This document shows positions 47,645 through 58,503 of a stretch of 64,000 nucleotides of DNA, piece after piece; position 1 is the stretch's first letter, and every line of letters starts with the position of its first letter. Source of the stretch: an uncultured Desulfospira sp. (GTDB lineage Bacteria > Desulfobacterota > Desulfobacteria > Desulfobacterales > Desulfobacteraceae); assembly GCA_963663165.1 (NCBI GenBank), contig OY760175.1, positions 5,984,001 through 6,048,000 of the forward strand, given 5' to 3'. Position numbers and translations under genes: made by a program. Below the pieces are notes generated by a model, which did not search any database, had not been told where the DNA came from, and saw nothing but the letters and a program-made list of their open reading frames with translations.

Positions 47645-50132
47645 TGTTTGAAAGGTATTCGACATGCCCCATGACCAGCCGGATTTCACCGTAGGAATAA
47701 TCCTCTCCCAAAACGGTTTTCACTTCCTTTAAAGAGCCGGTGGCATCTTTTTCCAAGGCTGCGGCAATGGTGTTAACCTTTTCTTCGGGCACCAGGCGGC
47801 TGATGTCAAGCGCTCCTTTCCGGATGAACTCGCTTAAGTGGGTTAGGACGGTGTTTTCCACCAGTCCCCGTTCTTTGGCTATTTTGGCTGGAGTCATGCC
47901 TTGATTGAACATGTCAAAACTGACCTGGCCTGTATCCTTGGATGTGTCGGCTTGTTTTTTAGGGACACCCGGGTCAGGCTCAGGGGGCGGACCGGGCAGG
48001 TCCACCGTTTCAATCTGATGCTCTTTTCGATAGGCCGTCACCATGGAAAGAATATCATCTCCGTATTTTTTGATGGTCTGGGTGCCCACCCCGTTTATTT
48101 TTTTCAAGGCGGTCCGGTTATCCGGCAGGGTTACCACAATCTGGATCAGGACCCGCTGGTGAAGAATCTGAAACGGCGCTATCCCTAAGTTAAGGGCCTT
48201 TTGTTTTCTCCAGGCTTTAAAGGTTTCAAACAGATCCGGATGACTGATGTCGGATTCCCTGTAATCCGGGGCAGCCTTTTTTACGGTGGCTCTGGAACTT
48301 GCCGTAAGCTCGGTGCCGGAAACAAAACGAAGGTATCTGGCACAGGAAAATCCCTGTTCACAGGATTTAATCCCGGCAAGCCGGGTCTGGATTTCCTGGA
48401 TAAGGTTGTCTGTACTGTTGCCAAGCTTTTTTTTCAGGACGGTGTTGTCTGTTTCAATGTGAAAGTTTTCCAGAAGATCCGTGAACAGGGTGTTGAATTT
48501 TTCTTGAAACCAGGCCGATGCCTTGGCGGTCCGCTCTTTGATATAGGGATCGGATTCCGGCAGGCGGTCCGGGGAAAAGGCCCGGGTCATCTGAAGGATA
48601 AATTTTTGCCCCACCGTGAAAATGTCCATGTCGGCTTTTTTTCTTAATTCTTCAGGGGCGGATAGGCCGGATACATGGATCACGCCCTGGTTTCCAAGGA
48701 TCAGGCGGATCAGGTAGTTGAGCTGGTTTTTAAGTTGACCGAAATCAAAACACTGAACCAGAAGAGCCTGCTGAAACTTTAGTTTGGCATCGGACAGAAG
48801 GGCTTCTGGCGGCATGTCTTTGCCGGTTTCACCGCAGAAGTTGAGAACCGCCGGATCTGCGCCAAGACCGTTGGCCCGGACGGGCGAACTTAACACAATG
48901 CCGTCAAGGGTCTTGCACCGGCTCAACGCCACATACACCTGGCCGTGGGCAAAGGCGTCAACCGCATCAATAACGCACCGGTCAAAGGTAAGACCCTGGC
49001 TTTTGTGGATGGTCACGGCCCAGGCCAGTTTCAAGGGGTACTGTTTGAATTTGCCGATCACATCCTCGGTGATTTCCCCTTGCGCTTCATCCACCGTGTA
49101 CTTGATGTTTTCCCATTCCACCGGTTCCACGTTGATGACATTTGATTCTCCAGGACACTGAATGGCAATATTGCCGCTGCTGATGGCAACAATCCGGCCG
49201 ATTTTACCGTTGTAGTATAGTTTGTCCTCGGACGTGTCGTTTTTAAGAAACATGACCTGGGCCCCTTTTTTGAGAACCAGGCTGTCCGGGGCAGGGAAGG
49301 TGTGGTCGGGGAACTCGCCGGAAACCTTTGCCAGAAACCGGTACTCTGCCTGGTTTAACAGGGCGAGCCTGCCTTTGTTGATGGCATCGGCCTTGTTGTT
49401 GTGGGTGGTCAGGGTGATCCAGCCCTGGCCCGGTTCCGGGGTGAACTGTACATTGACCCGCTGGTTGAGACGTTCAAGGGTCGTGGGGATTTCCCGGTTT
49501 TCCCGCACCCGGTTTAAGATGTGAATAAAGTCTGAATCTGACTGCCTGAAAATTTGTTTGAGTTCAACCGTAACCAGCCGGTTTCGGTCAAGGGCATGGC
49601 TTGAAAAAAAATAAACGGTTTCATAATGTTCTTTGAGCAGGTGCCATTCCTCTTTGCGGGCCACAGGGGAGAGCTGGTGCAGATCCCCGATCATGAGCAG
49701 CTGGACCCCGCCAAAGGGGCGATCGCTTCTTCTGTGCCGGCGAAGGACCGCATCCACGCTATCCAGAAGATCAGCCCGGACCATGCTGATTTCGTCAATG
49801 ACCAGCAGATCCAGGGCCCGGATAATTTTCTTTTTTTCTTTGCTGAACCGGAACATGCGCTGCCGGCCGCTTTCATAGGCCTCGCTTCCCGGGATAAACG
49901 GCCCAAAGGGCAGTTGAAAAAAAGAGTGAAGGGTAACGCCGCCGGCATTGATGGCCGCAACCCCGGTAGGGGCGGTGATAATCAGCCGTTTGGCAGATTC
50001 TTGTTTTAACCGGGAAAGGAAGGTGGTTTTGCCGGTGCCGGCCTTACCGGTCAGAAACACATGGCAGTGGGTATATTCCACAAATTCCCTGGCCAGCTTG
50101 AGTTCCGGATTGTCGGATAAGTTTTGTGTCAT
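47631..50132 (-). CDS. PIF1/RecD-like helicase with HRDC and C-terminal HTH domains
   Basis: GKAGTGKT, APTGVAA, IDEISMV, GDLHQL, TIHKSQG, YVALSR; HRDC-like WRKQKA...INGVG. Confidence 0.9.
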   Translation of the reverse strand: MTQNLSDNPELKLAREFVEYTHCHVFLTGKAGTGKTTFLSRLKQESAKRLIITAPTGVAAINAGGVTLHSFFQLPFGPFIPGSEAYESGRQRMFRFSKEKKKIIRALDLLVIDEISMVRADLLDSVDAVLRRHRRSDRPFGGVQLLMIGDLHQLSPVARKEEWHLLKEHYETVYFFSSHALDRNRLVTVELKQIFRQSDSDFIHILNRVRENREIPTTLERLNQRVNVQFTPEPGQGWITLTTHNNKADAINKGRLALLNQAEYRFLAKVSGEFPDHTFPAPDSLVLKKGAQVMFLKNDTSEDKLYYNGKIGRIVAISSGNIAIQCPGESNVINVEPVEWENIKYTVDEAQGEITEDVIGKFKQYPLKLAWAVTIHKSQGLTFDRCVIDAVDAFAHGQVYVALSRCKTLDGIVLSSPVRANGLGADPAVLNFCGETGKDMPPEALLSDAKLKFQQALLVQCFDFGQLKNQLNYLIRLILGNQGVIHVSGLSAPEELRKKADMDIFTVGQKFILQMTRAFSPDRLPESDPYIKERTAKASAWFQEKFNTLFTDLLENFHIETDNTVLKKKLGNSTDNLIQEIQTRLAGIKSCEQGFSCARYLRFVSGTELTASSRATVKKAAPDYRESDISHPDLFETFKAWRKQKALNLGIAPFQILHQRVLIQIVVTLPDNRTALKKINGVGTQTIKKYGDDILSMVTAYRKEHQIETVDLPGPPPEPDPGVPKKQADTSKDTGQVSFDMFNQGMTPAKIAKERGLVENTVLTHLSEFIRKGALDISRLVPEEKVNTIAAALEKDATGSLKEVKTVLGEDYSYGEIRLVMGHVEYLSNTNPI

Positions 50133-50311
50133 TTTTTTATCCCCCAGCCTTCAATCTTGAGGTCATCATGTTTTTTTTTGATTAACCATTCAAAATTGCA
50201 TAAAAATCTTAAGCGAAAGCCGCGAAGCAGTCTTGCCTTTTTTATCCTGCTAGTCTATGCTTTGTCCATGATTTTAAGGTTTGCTTGAATTTTTTCCCTT
50301 GAAGGTCGTCA

Positions 50312-50860
50312 ATGAAAAGATCACTAATCCTGATCCTGTTAAGCCTGTTTTTTGCGGCAGATTCCTGGGCGGTCACCCATGAGACCCCCATAGGGACAGG
50401 CAGTCCTGTGTTTCAGGAAAACCCTGAACAAAAATTTCGGCAGTTCATTCCCTTTATCGCAGAAAGCTTTATCGGCATCCCTTACCGGTTCGGCGGGAAT
50501 CCCCAGGTAACGGGCACATCAGACAATTCCTACCTGTTTTATTCCATATACACCATGGCCGCCCGTGAAGCCGGGCTCAAATACCATGGGTATCTTCCCA
50601 TGAAAGCCTTATTGGAACGGGTGGGCAAAGTAAACCGGGATCAGGTCAGAAACGGTGACCTGCTGGTATTGAACAACAACCTGGCCGCCATGGTTTACAA
50701 GGTGGAGAGATCAGGCAAACTTCACTTTATTTATACCTCCAAAAAACGGGGCCAGGTGTTTTCCTTTAACACGGATAACGTGGTATTCCAGGTTTACTGG
50801 ATGGAAAATTTAAAGGGGTTCTACCGGCTGTCCCGCACCATGCTTTCTCCGGCAAAATAA
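50312..50860 (+). CDS. Secreted NlpC/P60-like protein, degenerate active site
   Basis: Signal peptide; AESFIGIPYRFGG...DNS; GDLLV. Confidence 0.7.
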   Translation: MKRSLILILLSLFFAADSWAVTHETPIGTGSPVFQENPEQKFRQFIPFIAESFIGIPYRFGGNPQVTGTSDNSYLFYSIYTMAAREAGLKYHGYLPMKALLERVGKVNRDQVRNGDLLVLNNNLAAMVYKVERSGKLHFIYTSKKRGQVFSFNTDNVVFQVYWMENLKGFYRLSRTMLSPAK

Positions 50861-51073
50861 GCCGGGCGGTGGATTGGTTTCTGGTGAGGCAGGTTCTTTT
50901 TTTCTTAACATTCGGGGCATAACCCTTGAAAATTCGGGCCTGATGATTTATCTATAAAGATATCTGACAAGCTTCCACAGCAGCTTGAACCAAAATTCAT
51001 CCGTTGATGATTTATCTATAAACATATCTTACCCCCTTGGAGGGCATGGGAAAAACAAGGAAAGAAACGTTCA

Positions 51074-51991
51074 ATGAGAATTGTCACCCGCTCAGATTTT
51101 GACGGCGTTGTCTGTGCTGTCCTTTTATTCGAAGCCCTTGAAAAAGACCATGATTTAAATCCGGTAATTTTTTGGACTGAACCCGGTGAAGTCCAGGCCG
51201 GAACCGCAGATATCAAAAAAGGCGATATCCTGGCCAACCTGCCCTGGCATAAGGACTGCAGTCTCTGGTTTGACCATCACATATCCAACAAGCCGGACCA
51301 GGCCTTTGAGGGGGCCTTTGATGTCGCGCCGTCCGCAGCCGGTGTGATTTATAAGTACTATAAGCAACAGGGGAAACTGGACAGAAGGTTCGATGACCTG
51401 GTGGAAAATGCCGACATGATCGACTCGGCCGACCTGAACATGGATCAGGTCATGACCCCGGAAAAGTATCCCTGGGTGATTTTATCCATGACCCTGAAAA
51501 ACCGGAACTATGAGGATATTCCCTATTGGAATCATCTGGTTTCCCTGCTTCGGAGCAAATCCGTTGACGATATTTTAAAAGACCCTGAAGTGGCCGCCCG
51601 GCGTCAGGAAGCTATTGATGAAAACACCAATTTTATCCATCATCTTAAAGACCACACCAAACTTCACGGCAAGGTTTCTGTAACCGACTTCAGCTCCTTT
51701 GAGGTGGTCCCTGTCGGGAACCGGTTTTTGATTTATTCCCTGTTTCCGGAAACCGTGGCCAGCATGAAAATCAGATACAAAGACAAAGAAAAAACCAAAA
51801 TCCTGCTCAGCGTGGGCCGAAGTATTTTTAACCAGGGGTGCCGGGTCAACATCGGGGAATTGTTATCCCGGTACGGCGGCGGGGGCCACGCCGGTGCCGG
51901 CGGCTGCACCCTTGACGCCAACGGCTCTGCCGGAAAAATTCAGGAAATCCTGGATATCATGAAGACCAATCAGCCGCTTTCGGCTGAGTAA
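51074..51991 (+). CDS. DHH family phosphoesterase (exopolyphosphatase-like)
   Basis: TRSDFDG, FDHH and GGGGHAGAG motifs. Confidence 0.88.
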   Translation: MRIVTRSDFDGVVCAVLLFEALEKDHDLNPVIFWTEPGEVQAGTADIKKGDILANLPWHKDCSLWFDHHISNKPDQAFEGAFDVAPSAAGVIYKYYKQQGKLDRRFDDLVENADMIDSADLNMDQVMTPEKYPWVILSMTLKNRNYEDIPYWNHLVSLLRSKSVDDILKDPEVAARRQEAIDENTNFIHHLKDHTKLHGKVSVTDFSSFEVVPVGNRFLIYSLFPETVASMKIRYKDKEKTKILLSVGRSIFNQGCRVNIGELLSRYGGGGHAGAGGCTLDANGSAGKIQEILDIMKTNQPLSAE

Positions 51992-52117
51992 AAACCTTAC
52001 TGAACAGCCGATTTTCAATTGCGATATTTCGCAGATGTTTCTCTGGGCTGCGCCCCATCAGTCGCGTTGAATTTTCAATAAGGGTATCCATAAAAAAGAA
52101 TACGGTTAAAAATAATG

Positions 52118-52198
52118 GACTTGGGACTTGGGATATGGGACCTGGGGATTGCGGCATCCACGGCCTCCCCAAGTCCCATATCCCATATCCCAAGTCTC
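52118..52198. repeat. Inverted pair of heptamer runs
   Basis: GACTTGG GACTTGG GATATGG ... CCCATAT CCCATAT CCCAAGT. Confidence 0.75.
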
Positions 52199-52398
52199 AA
52201 CAATATACATTATTATCCGCACACCCCCCACTATAAATTGCCATTGACCTGACAGCAGGGTTTTGCCCTTCGTTCACAGCTCACCTTGACATTCTTCAGA
52301 AAATGCCTATGCTATCTGAGTTAACCCATATGCAGTTGCCGGCTGGATATGGTTTCCTTCGGTTTTCGAAGGGTAAGACAAAAGGAGAATGTGTTGTA

Positions 52399-52653
52399 AT
52401 GCCCATATATGAATTTAAATGTTCAAAGTGTGAAGAGTTTTTTGAAGTCATTGTCATGGGATCCCAGGACGATAAAACCGTAGCCTGTCCCAAATGTAAA
52501 TCTGAGGAGTTTGAGCGGGTGGTCTCCCGGACCAATTTCACCATGGGAGCCTCAACCCAGTCCGGTCATGCCAGAGGTGTCCAGACCCAGGAAAGAAACT
52601 GTTCAAGCGGATCATGTAAGACATATACGGTGGCTGGAGAAACAAGAGACTAG
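52399..52653 (+). CDS. FmdB family zinc-ribbon protein
   Basis: MPIYEFKCSKC...CPKC; AAGGAG RBS. Confidence 0.88.
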   Translation: MPIYEFKCSKCEEFFEVIVMGSQDDKTVACPKCKSEEFERVVSRTNFTMGASTQSGHARGVQTQERNCSSGSCKTYTVAGETRD

Positions 52654-52987
52654 TAAGGAAAGTTTCCTGCTTGCCCGGGGCAGCCCATTAAAATAGTACT
52701 GTTTTTAATGTGCTGCCTGAAGCGTGTGATACCAAAAGGCCGGGTTCCCGGCCGGTTTTCCCGGTTCAGTTTTTCAAGGCGGATTTTTCCCGCCGGAACC
52801 GGGGTCCTTTTTCTACAACACGGCCATGCCCTGAAGGGCGGAAACCGGGCCGGTCTGTTTATATAGCCAGGATCCGCTCGAAACCAATGTTGAAAGCCCC
52901 GGCTATCCGCCAATAGCTGGCTGTCAACACGGTTATACCCGGCCACCGCTGTCTGGATGCTGTTAAAATGATTCAAAAGGAGGTTGT

Positions 52988-54295
52988 ATGACCCAGGTTG
53001 CAAAATTAATTATTGATGGAAAAGAACTGACCCTTCCGGTGATTGAAGGCTCTGAAGGGGAAAAAGCCATAGATATCAGAAAGCTCAGGCAGCAGACAGG
53101 GTATATTACCTATGACCCGGGATATGGGAACACCGGCGCATGCAGAAGCAGCATTACCTACATGGACGGTGAAAAAGGGATTTTACGGTACAGGGGAATC
53201 CCCATTGAACAGCTGGCTGAAAAATCCACCTTTGTTGAAACCGCGTATCTGCTGATTTCAGGCCGGCTGCCCACCCGGGATGAACTGATCAAAACATCGG
53301 TTCTGCTCAATGATTTTTCTCCCATTCACGAAAATATGAAGGCGTTTTATGCCAATTATCCGCCCATGGCCCATCCCATGGGGATCCTTTCGGCCATGCT
53401 CAATGCCATGAGAAGCTTTTATCCCGAGTTAATGGACCTGGATGCGGAAATGAACCAGACCTTTTTGCGCCTGATTTCAAAGATCAGGACCATGGCGGCC
53501 ATGGCCTATAAAATTTCCAGGGGACACCGGGTGGTTTATCCCCGGCCGGACCTGTGCTATTGCTCTAATTTTTTAAACATGATGTTTGACAATCCCGTGG
53601 TCCCTTATGAGATTGATTCGGATATGGTCAGAGCCCTGAATGTGTTCTGGATCCTCCACGCCGACCATGAGCAGAACTGTTCTACCACCACTGTCCGGGC
53701 GGTGGGGTCCAGCGGGGTCAATATTTATGCCACGGTTTCCTCGGGCATTGCCGCGCTGTGGGGACCGCTGCACGGCGGTGCCAACCAGGCCGTGATTCAG
53801 ATGCTCGAAAGAATCAAGCACGACGGCATGACCGTTGAAGACTGCATCAAAAAAGCCAAGGATAAAGAAGACCCGTTCCGGCTTATGGGGTTTGGGCACA
53901 GGGTTTATAAAACCTATGATCCCAGGGCAAAAATCATGAAAAAGATGTGTGATATTATTTTGTCCAAAACCACCAGACAGGACCCCCTTCTGGATATTGC
54001 CCGGCACTTGGAGGAAAGTGCCCTGGAAGATTCCTATTTCAAGGAGAAAAACCTTTATCCCAACGTGGATTTCTACTCGGGGATTGTTTTGAGGGCCATG
54101 GGCATTCCCACCAACATGTTTACGGTCATGTTTGCCATTGGCCGGCTCCCGGGATGGATTGCCCAGTGGAAAGAGGATATTATTGATCCTGAAATGAAAT
54201 TGTGCCGGCCCCGGCAGATTTATACGGGGAACAGGGAAATGGATTATGTCCCCATTGACCAGAGAAAGGCCGAGAATGGGCATGGTGAAGGCTGA
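52988..54295 (+). CDS. gltA: Citrate synthase
   Basis: ILHADHEQNCST, GPLHGGANQA, GFGHRVYK and YPNVDFYSG motifs. Confidence 0.96.
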   Translation: MTQVAKLIIDGKELTLPVIEGSEGEKAIDIRKLRQQTGYITYDPGYGNTGACRSSITYMDGEKGILRYRGIPIEQLAEKSTFVETAYLLISGRLPTRDELIKTSVLLNDFSPIHENMKAFYANYPPMAHPMGILSAMLNAMRSFYPELMDLDAEMNQTFLRLISKIRTMAAMAYKISRGHRVVYPRPDLCYCSNFLNMMFDNPVVPYEIDSDMVRALNVFWILHADHEQNCSTTTVRAVGSSGVNIYATVSSGIAALWGPLHGGANQAVIQMLERIKHDGMTVEDCIKKAKDKEDPFRLMGFGHRVYKTYDPRAKIMKKMCDIILSKTTRQDPLLDIARHLEESALEDSYFKEKNLYPNVDFYSGIVLRAMGIPTNMFTVMFAIGRLPGWIAQWKEDIIDPEMKLCRPRQIYTGNREMDYVPIDQRKAENGHGEG

Positions 54296-55106
54296 GAATC
54301 GAAAGCTCGAGATTATTGCCCACAGGGGGGCTAGGAGCCTTGCCCCTGAAAATACCCTTGCCGCGGCCCAAAAAGGCTTTGCCGCCGGCGCCCACCGGTG
54401 GGAAACCGATGTGAGCCTGACCAAAGACAAGCACCCTGTTCTTTTTCATGACCAGGACCTGTCCCGGTGTACCAACGCGGCCAGCGTGTTTGCCTCGGAA
54501 CAGGCCCGGGCCGGCCGGTATTTTTTGTCTGATTTTACCTTAAAAGAGCTCCTGACCCTGGATGCCGGTTCCCATTTTATTGAAACCGATCCTTTTTCAA
54601 CCATCAAGGATCAAACGGTTTCCAAGGCTGACCTGGAAAAATTCAGGGGGCAGAAGATCCCTACCCTGGACCAGGGCCTTGCCCTGACCCGGGATCTTGG
54701 CTGGGCCATCAACCTTGAACTCAAGGACCACGGAACAGAACCGGAACCCTATGACACGGCCCGGCTGACCCTGGCCGCTCTGGACCGGTCAGGCATATCG
54801 CCGGATCAGGTGGTGATGTCATCTTTTAACCACGACTGGCTTGCCTGGATATTAACGAAGACTAAACAATTTGAAGTCCAGGCCCTGGTGGGAGATCTGG
54901 ACACAGCCCCCCTTGATTTTAAAGATTTTTCATTTTCAGTGTATAACGTGAATGCCCGGTTGATTACCACAGATGACATCAAAATGCTTAAAGCCCGGGG
55001 AAAAAAGATCAACCTGTTCACGGTCAATGAGCCGGACCGGGCCGCTTTGTTTTTTGAGGCCGGGGTGGATGGGATTTTCACCGATTTCCCTCAGTATTTT
55101 GTATGA
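54282..55106 (+). CDS. Glycerophosphodiester phosphodiesterase
   Basis: IIAHRGA, PENTL, ETDV, NLELK and GIFTDFP motifs; start uncertain. Confidence 0.9.
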   Translation: MVKAENRKLEIIAHRGARSLAPENTLAAAQKGFAAGAHRWETDVSLTKDKHPVLFHDQDLSRCTNAASVFASEQARAGRYFLSDFTLKELLTLDAGSHFIETDPFSTIKDQTVSKADLEKFRGQKIPTLDQGLALTRDLGWAINLELKDHGTEPEPYDTARLTLAALDRSGISPDQVVMSSFNHDWLAWILTKTKQFEVQALVGDLDTAPLDFKDFSFSVYNVNARLITTDDIKMLKARGKKINLFTVNEPDRAALFFEAGVDGIFTDFPQYFV

Positions 55107-55209
55107 AGCTATTGGCTTTAGCTTTTAGCCATAAGGACTTTCAACCATTCGCTAGCAGCTAACAGCTAATGGCTAACAGTTAACAGCTAACCGCCAAAAA
55201 GGATAGGTC

Positions 55210-56100
55210 ATGGAAATTACAAAAGAAAAAACACGTGTGGGATTTATCGGGCTCGGGGTCATGGGACAGCACATGGCCGGGCATATTCTAAACCGGGGAT
55301 TTGAACTTCATGTCTTTACCCGGACAAAATCCAAGGCAGAACGCCTGATTGGCCGCGGTGCGGTATGGGAAGACAGCGTGGCAGGCCTTGCCGGAAAATC
55401 AGATTTGATTATTTCCATGGTCGGATTTCCTGAGGATGTCAAGCAGGTTTACTTAGGGCCTGCCGGTATACTGGAAAACGCGGCCCCGGGAAGCATTGCC
55501 CTGGACATGACCACCTCAGATCCCGCCCTTGCCGCCACCTTGTTTGAAGCCGGCCGGGAAAAAGGGATTCATGTTCTGGACGCCCCGGTTTCCGGCGGGG
55601 ACTCAGGGGCAAAAAACGCCACCCTGTCCATTATGGTGGGGGGCGAAGAACCGGTATTTAAAACGGCCCGACCCATTCTGGACATCATGGGAAAAAATAT
55701 TGTTTACCAGGGAAAGGCCGGGGCCGGCCAGCATACCAAAATGGCCAATCAGATGGCCATTGCCGCCGGCATGTTAGGGGTGTGCGAGGCCCTGGCCTAT
55801 GTAAAGCAGGCCGGCCTTGACCCGGAAACGGTCCTTGACAGTATCGGCGCCGGTGCGGCCGGGTCATGGAGTTTGAACAATTTAGGGCCCCGGATTCTCA
55901 AAGGGGATTTTGCCCCGGGCTTTTTCATCAAGCATTTTATCAAAGATATGGATATTGCGTCAAAATCTTCCAAAACCCTCGGCCTTGACACCCCGGGGCT
56001 TGATCTTGCCCTGTCCATGTACCGGCAGGCCGCCCAGAAAGGGATGGCAGATGACGGCACCCAGGGGCTGTATAAACTGTATGAGGACAGCCATGGGTAG
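55210..56100 (+). CDS. NAD(P)-dependent 3-hydroxyisobutyrate dehydrogenase family oxidoreductase
   Basis: GFIGLGVMG, LDAPVSGGD and TKMANQ motifs. Confidence 0.9.
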   Translation: MEITKEKTRVGFIGLGVMGQHMAGHILNRGFELHVFTRTKSKAERLIGRGAVWEDSVAGLAGKSDLIISMVGFPEDVKQVYLGPAGILENAAPGSIALDMTTSDPALAATLFEAGREKGIHVLDAPVSGGDSGAKNATLSIMVGGEEPVFKTARPILDIMGKNIVYQGKAGAGQHTKMANQMAIAAGMLGVCEALAYVKQAGLDPETVLDSIGAGAAGSWSLNNLGPRILKGDFAPGFFIKHFIKDMDIASKSSKTLGLDTPGLDLALSMYRQAAQKGMADDGTQGLYKLYEDSHG

Positions 56101-56115
56101 TGTGGTTGGGATTTT

Positions 56116-57504
56116 TTAACGGCGGTTTATGTTAAAAGGCCACAAGGTGACGGTTTTTTCCCTCAGCCGCCCAAAGTCTTCTTTTTTCATGAGGACAATG
56201 GACCGGACCGACTGATCATACCGGCGGGAGAAAAACAACAGCAGCAGCAGGGTCGATAAGAAATACGATATGGATGAGGCAATGGCTGCCCCGGAGATCC
56301 CTAAGGGGGGGATCAACATAAAGTTAAGGATGATATTGCAGACCATGCTGCCCACCGAAACCATGGACACCAGGCCTGGCCGGTTCAGGCTGTAGATGTC
56401 CGCCTGTAAAATCGGGTAAACCGATAAAAACAGCATGCCCGGCAGCAGACAGACAAGGGCTTTGTAAGCGGGAAAAAACGATGCCCCAAAAAGGATTAAA
56501 ATAATCAGTTTCCCGAACAGGGCCGTGAGGATACAGGCCAGGAACATGAAAAACAGAAGATACCGGGTCACCTTTGAGGTTAATTGCCTTCCCTTATGGT
56601 GATCGGTCTCAAGCCGTATGGGTAAAAAAGGATCAACCACCGAGTCGGAAAGGGCCAGTAGAATTTCAGCTATGGATACGGAAACCGCATAATACCCTGT
56701 GGCGGCGGGTCCCAGAAAATAGGCGATCAAGAGCAGATCCACCCGCCGGGTGATCTGTGAGGCCAGGGTGTGGACACTGCCCCGCGCGCCATAAGTAAAG
56801 GCCTGTTTGGCCTGTTCAAGGTTGACGGACAGGTGCCGGGAGGTCAGTTTCAACAGCTTGTAAAGGAACAATGCCACCACAATCGTGGCCCCGGTAATCC
56901 AGGACAGGGCCGCAGACAAAAGCGCATTGCCGGTCAAGACCCAGAAAATGAAGAGGCAGACCACGGGCAGGGTAGAGTATACCAGGCTGAGAATATTGAT
57001 AAAATGAATGGCCTTGACCGCAAGCAGCAGCTGGGTCAGGGTCCGGTGGGCCAGGTAGAGCGGGATGGCCGCAATCAGCAGAAACTTGATGGGCTCAAGG
57101 TCCCCAATGGCCTCAAACCCGATCCGGTTCCCGGCCCCCATCAGGACATAGCCCGCAATCCCCAGGACAAGGCCCTGAATGACCAGATAGACCAGGCAGT
57201 TTCCTAAAATTGTTTTTAAAGGCACCTTTTTATGGGTGGACAGATACAGGCTGCCCAGCCCGAACCCCAAATTGCCGATGGCCGCAATCAATTCAGGAAT
57301 GGCAATGAACAGACTGTAAATTCCCCTTCCCGAAGGCCCTAAAAACCGGGTTAAAATAATATTTTTCAACACCCGTATGGGAAGGTGAACCGCCTTGGTC
57401 ATCAGGGTGGACAGGGCAAAGGCCTTGAGCTGTCCGGTAATACCGGCCAGCTTTTTTTTATGCTCAGGAGAATCTGTATGGGGATGTTCTTGAGAGCTTG
57501 CCAT
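56116..57504 (-). CDS. Oligosaccharide flippase (Wzx/MOP family)
   Basis: RFLGPSGRGIYS; about 12-14 TM helices; LIPPLGISGAAIAS. Confidence 0.85.
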   Translation of the reverse strand: MASSQEHPHTDSPEHKKKLAGITGQLKAFALSTLMTKAVHLPIRVLKNIILTRFLGPSGRGIYSLFIAIPELIAAIGNLGFGLGSLYLSTHKKVPLKTILGNCLVYLVIQGLVLGIAGYVLMGAGNRIGFEAIGDLEPIKFLLIAAIPLYLAHRTLTQLLLAVKAIHFINILSLVYSTLPVVCLFIFWVLTGNALLSAALSWITGATIVVALFLYKLLKLTSRHLSVNLEQAKQAFTYGARGSVHTLASQITRRVDLLLIAYFLGPAATGYYAVSVSIAEILLALSDSVVDPFLPIRLETDHHKGRQLTSKVTRYLLFFMFLACILTALFGKLIILILFGASFFPAYKALVCLLPGMLFLSVYPILQADIYSLNRPGLVSMVSVGSMVCNIILNFMLIPPLGISGAAIASSISYFLSTLLLLLFFSRRYDQSVRSIVLMKKEDFGRLREKTVTLWPFNINRR

Positions 57505-58499
57505 TATTTTTCCCGTGTCTGGTGGTTAAAGGCCAGGGCTTTCACACATTGTCCAAGTCCCCGAAGGGTTGCCAGGCCGGTGACATGCCACCGGATAAAG
57601 GTTAACAGCCAGACCCGGCACAGGACCAATGGGGTTTGTCTGATGGTTTTCCGTGAAAAGGAAAGCCCGAAAGACGGAGACACCCAGGCCATAAAAAGCC
57701 AGGTCCCGGAGGTCAGGGCCGGAGGCGGCCATAATACCGCCATCAGGGTCAGAAGGCAAGCCAGGTGAATCAGCCCTAAAGCGGGCACCCTTAAGGTCCG
57801 GGCCTTGAATCCGGACTTGAATGCCAGGGACAGGGCATTGGCCTGGCGCCAGAATTCTTTTTTGACAAACTCTCCAAGGGTTTGTTCCACCCCCATGTGG
57901 ATCAGGGGAAGCCCTGAGATCTTGAGCAATTCAATCCCCTGCCAGTGGGCCCTTAAGGTGAAATCCTTGTCCTCGCAGGTGGGCAGATCCGGGTCAAATC
58001 CCTTGAGATCCTCAAAAACGGTCTTGGGCAGCATCAAATTTCTGCCCGGCAGGTAGTCGACGTTTTGCTCTCCCGGCGTTGGGTCCCAGTTCTTCATATT
58101 CCATGCCTTTCCCACCCAGGGGGCATCTTCAGGGGGGCGGTCACAAAATCCGATAATGCCGGAAAATCCTTGCTCAAAATAACGGTATGCCGTTGTCAGC
58201 CAGTCATCCGGGACCTGTATATCCGCGTCAAGGAAGGCAAGGATACGGCCCTTTGCCAGGCCGGCCCCCATGTTGCGAAGTTCGGATATGGAATGGCTTC
58301 TGGGGGCCTGGACAATTTTAATGCCCTTGCCTTTGGCTGTTTCAACGGTATTGTCCGTGGACCCGTTGTCAACCAGGATGACCTCAACCTTAGCCCCGTC
58401 TGTTTGACAGGCCAGGAGACTGTCAAGGCAGGAACCGATGTGCCGGCCTTCATTCAAAGCCGGGATGACGATACTGATCAAGGGGGGCTGTCCGGCCAT
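57504..58499 (-). CDS. Glycosyltransferase family 2
   Basis: SIVIPALNE, VDNGSTD, FLDAD and ED motifs. Confidence 0.9.
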   Translation of the reverse strand: MAGQPPLISIVIPALNEGRHIGSCLDSLLACQTDGAKVEVILVDNGSTDNTVETAKGKGIKIVQAPRSHSISELRNMGAGLAKGRILAFLDADIQVPDDWLTTAYRYFEQGFSGIIGFCDRPPEDAPWVGKAWNMKNWDPTPGEQNVDYLPGRNLMLPKTVFEDLKGFDPDLPTCEDKDFTLRAHWQGIELLKISGLPLIHMGVEQTLGEFVKKEFWRQANALSLAFKSGFKARTLRVPALGLIHLACLLTLMAVLWPPPALTSGTWLFMAWVSPSFGLSFSRKTIRQTPLVLCRVWLLTFIRWHVTGLATLRGLGQCVKALAFNHQTREK

Positions 58500-58503
58500 G
58501 GTG

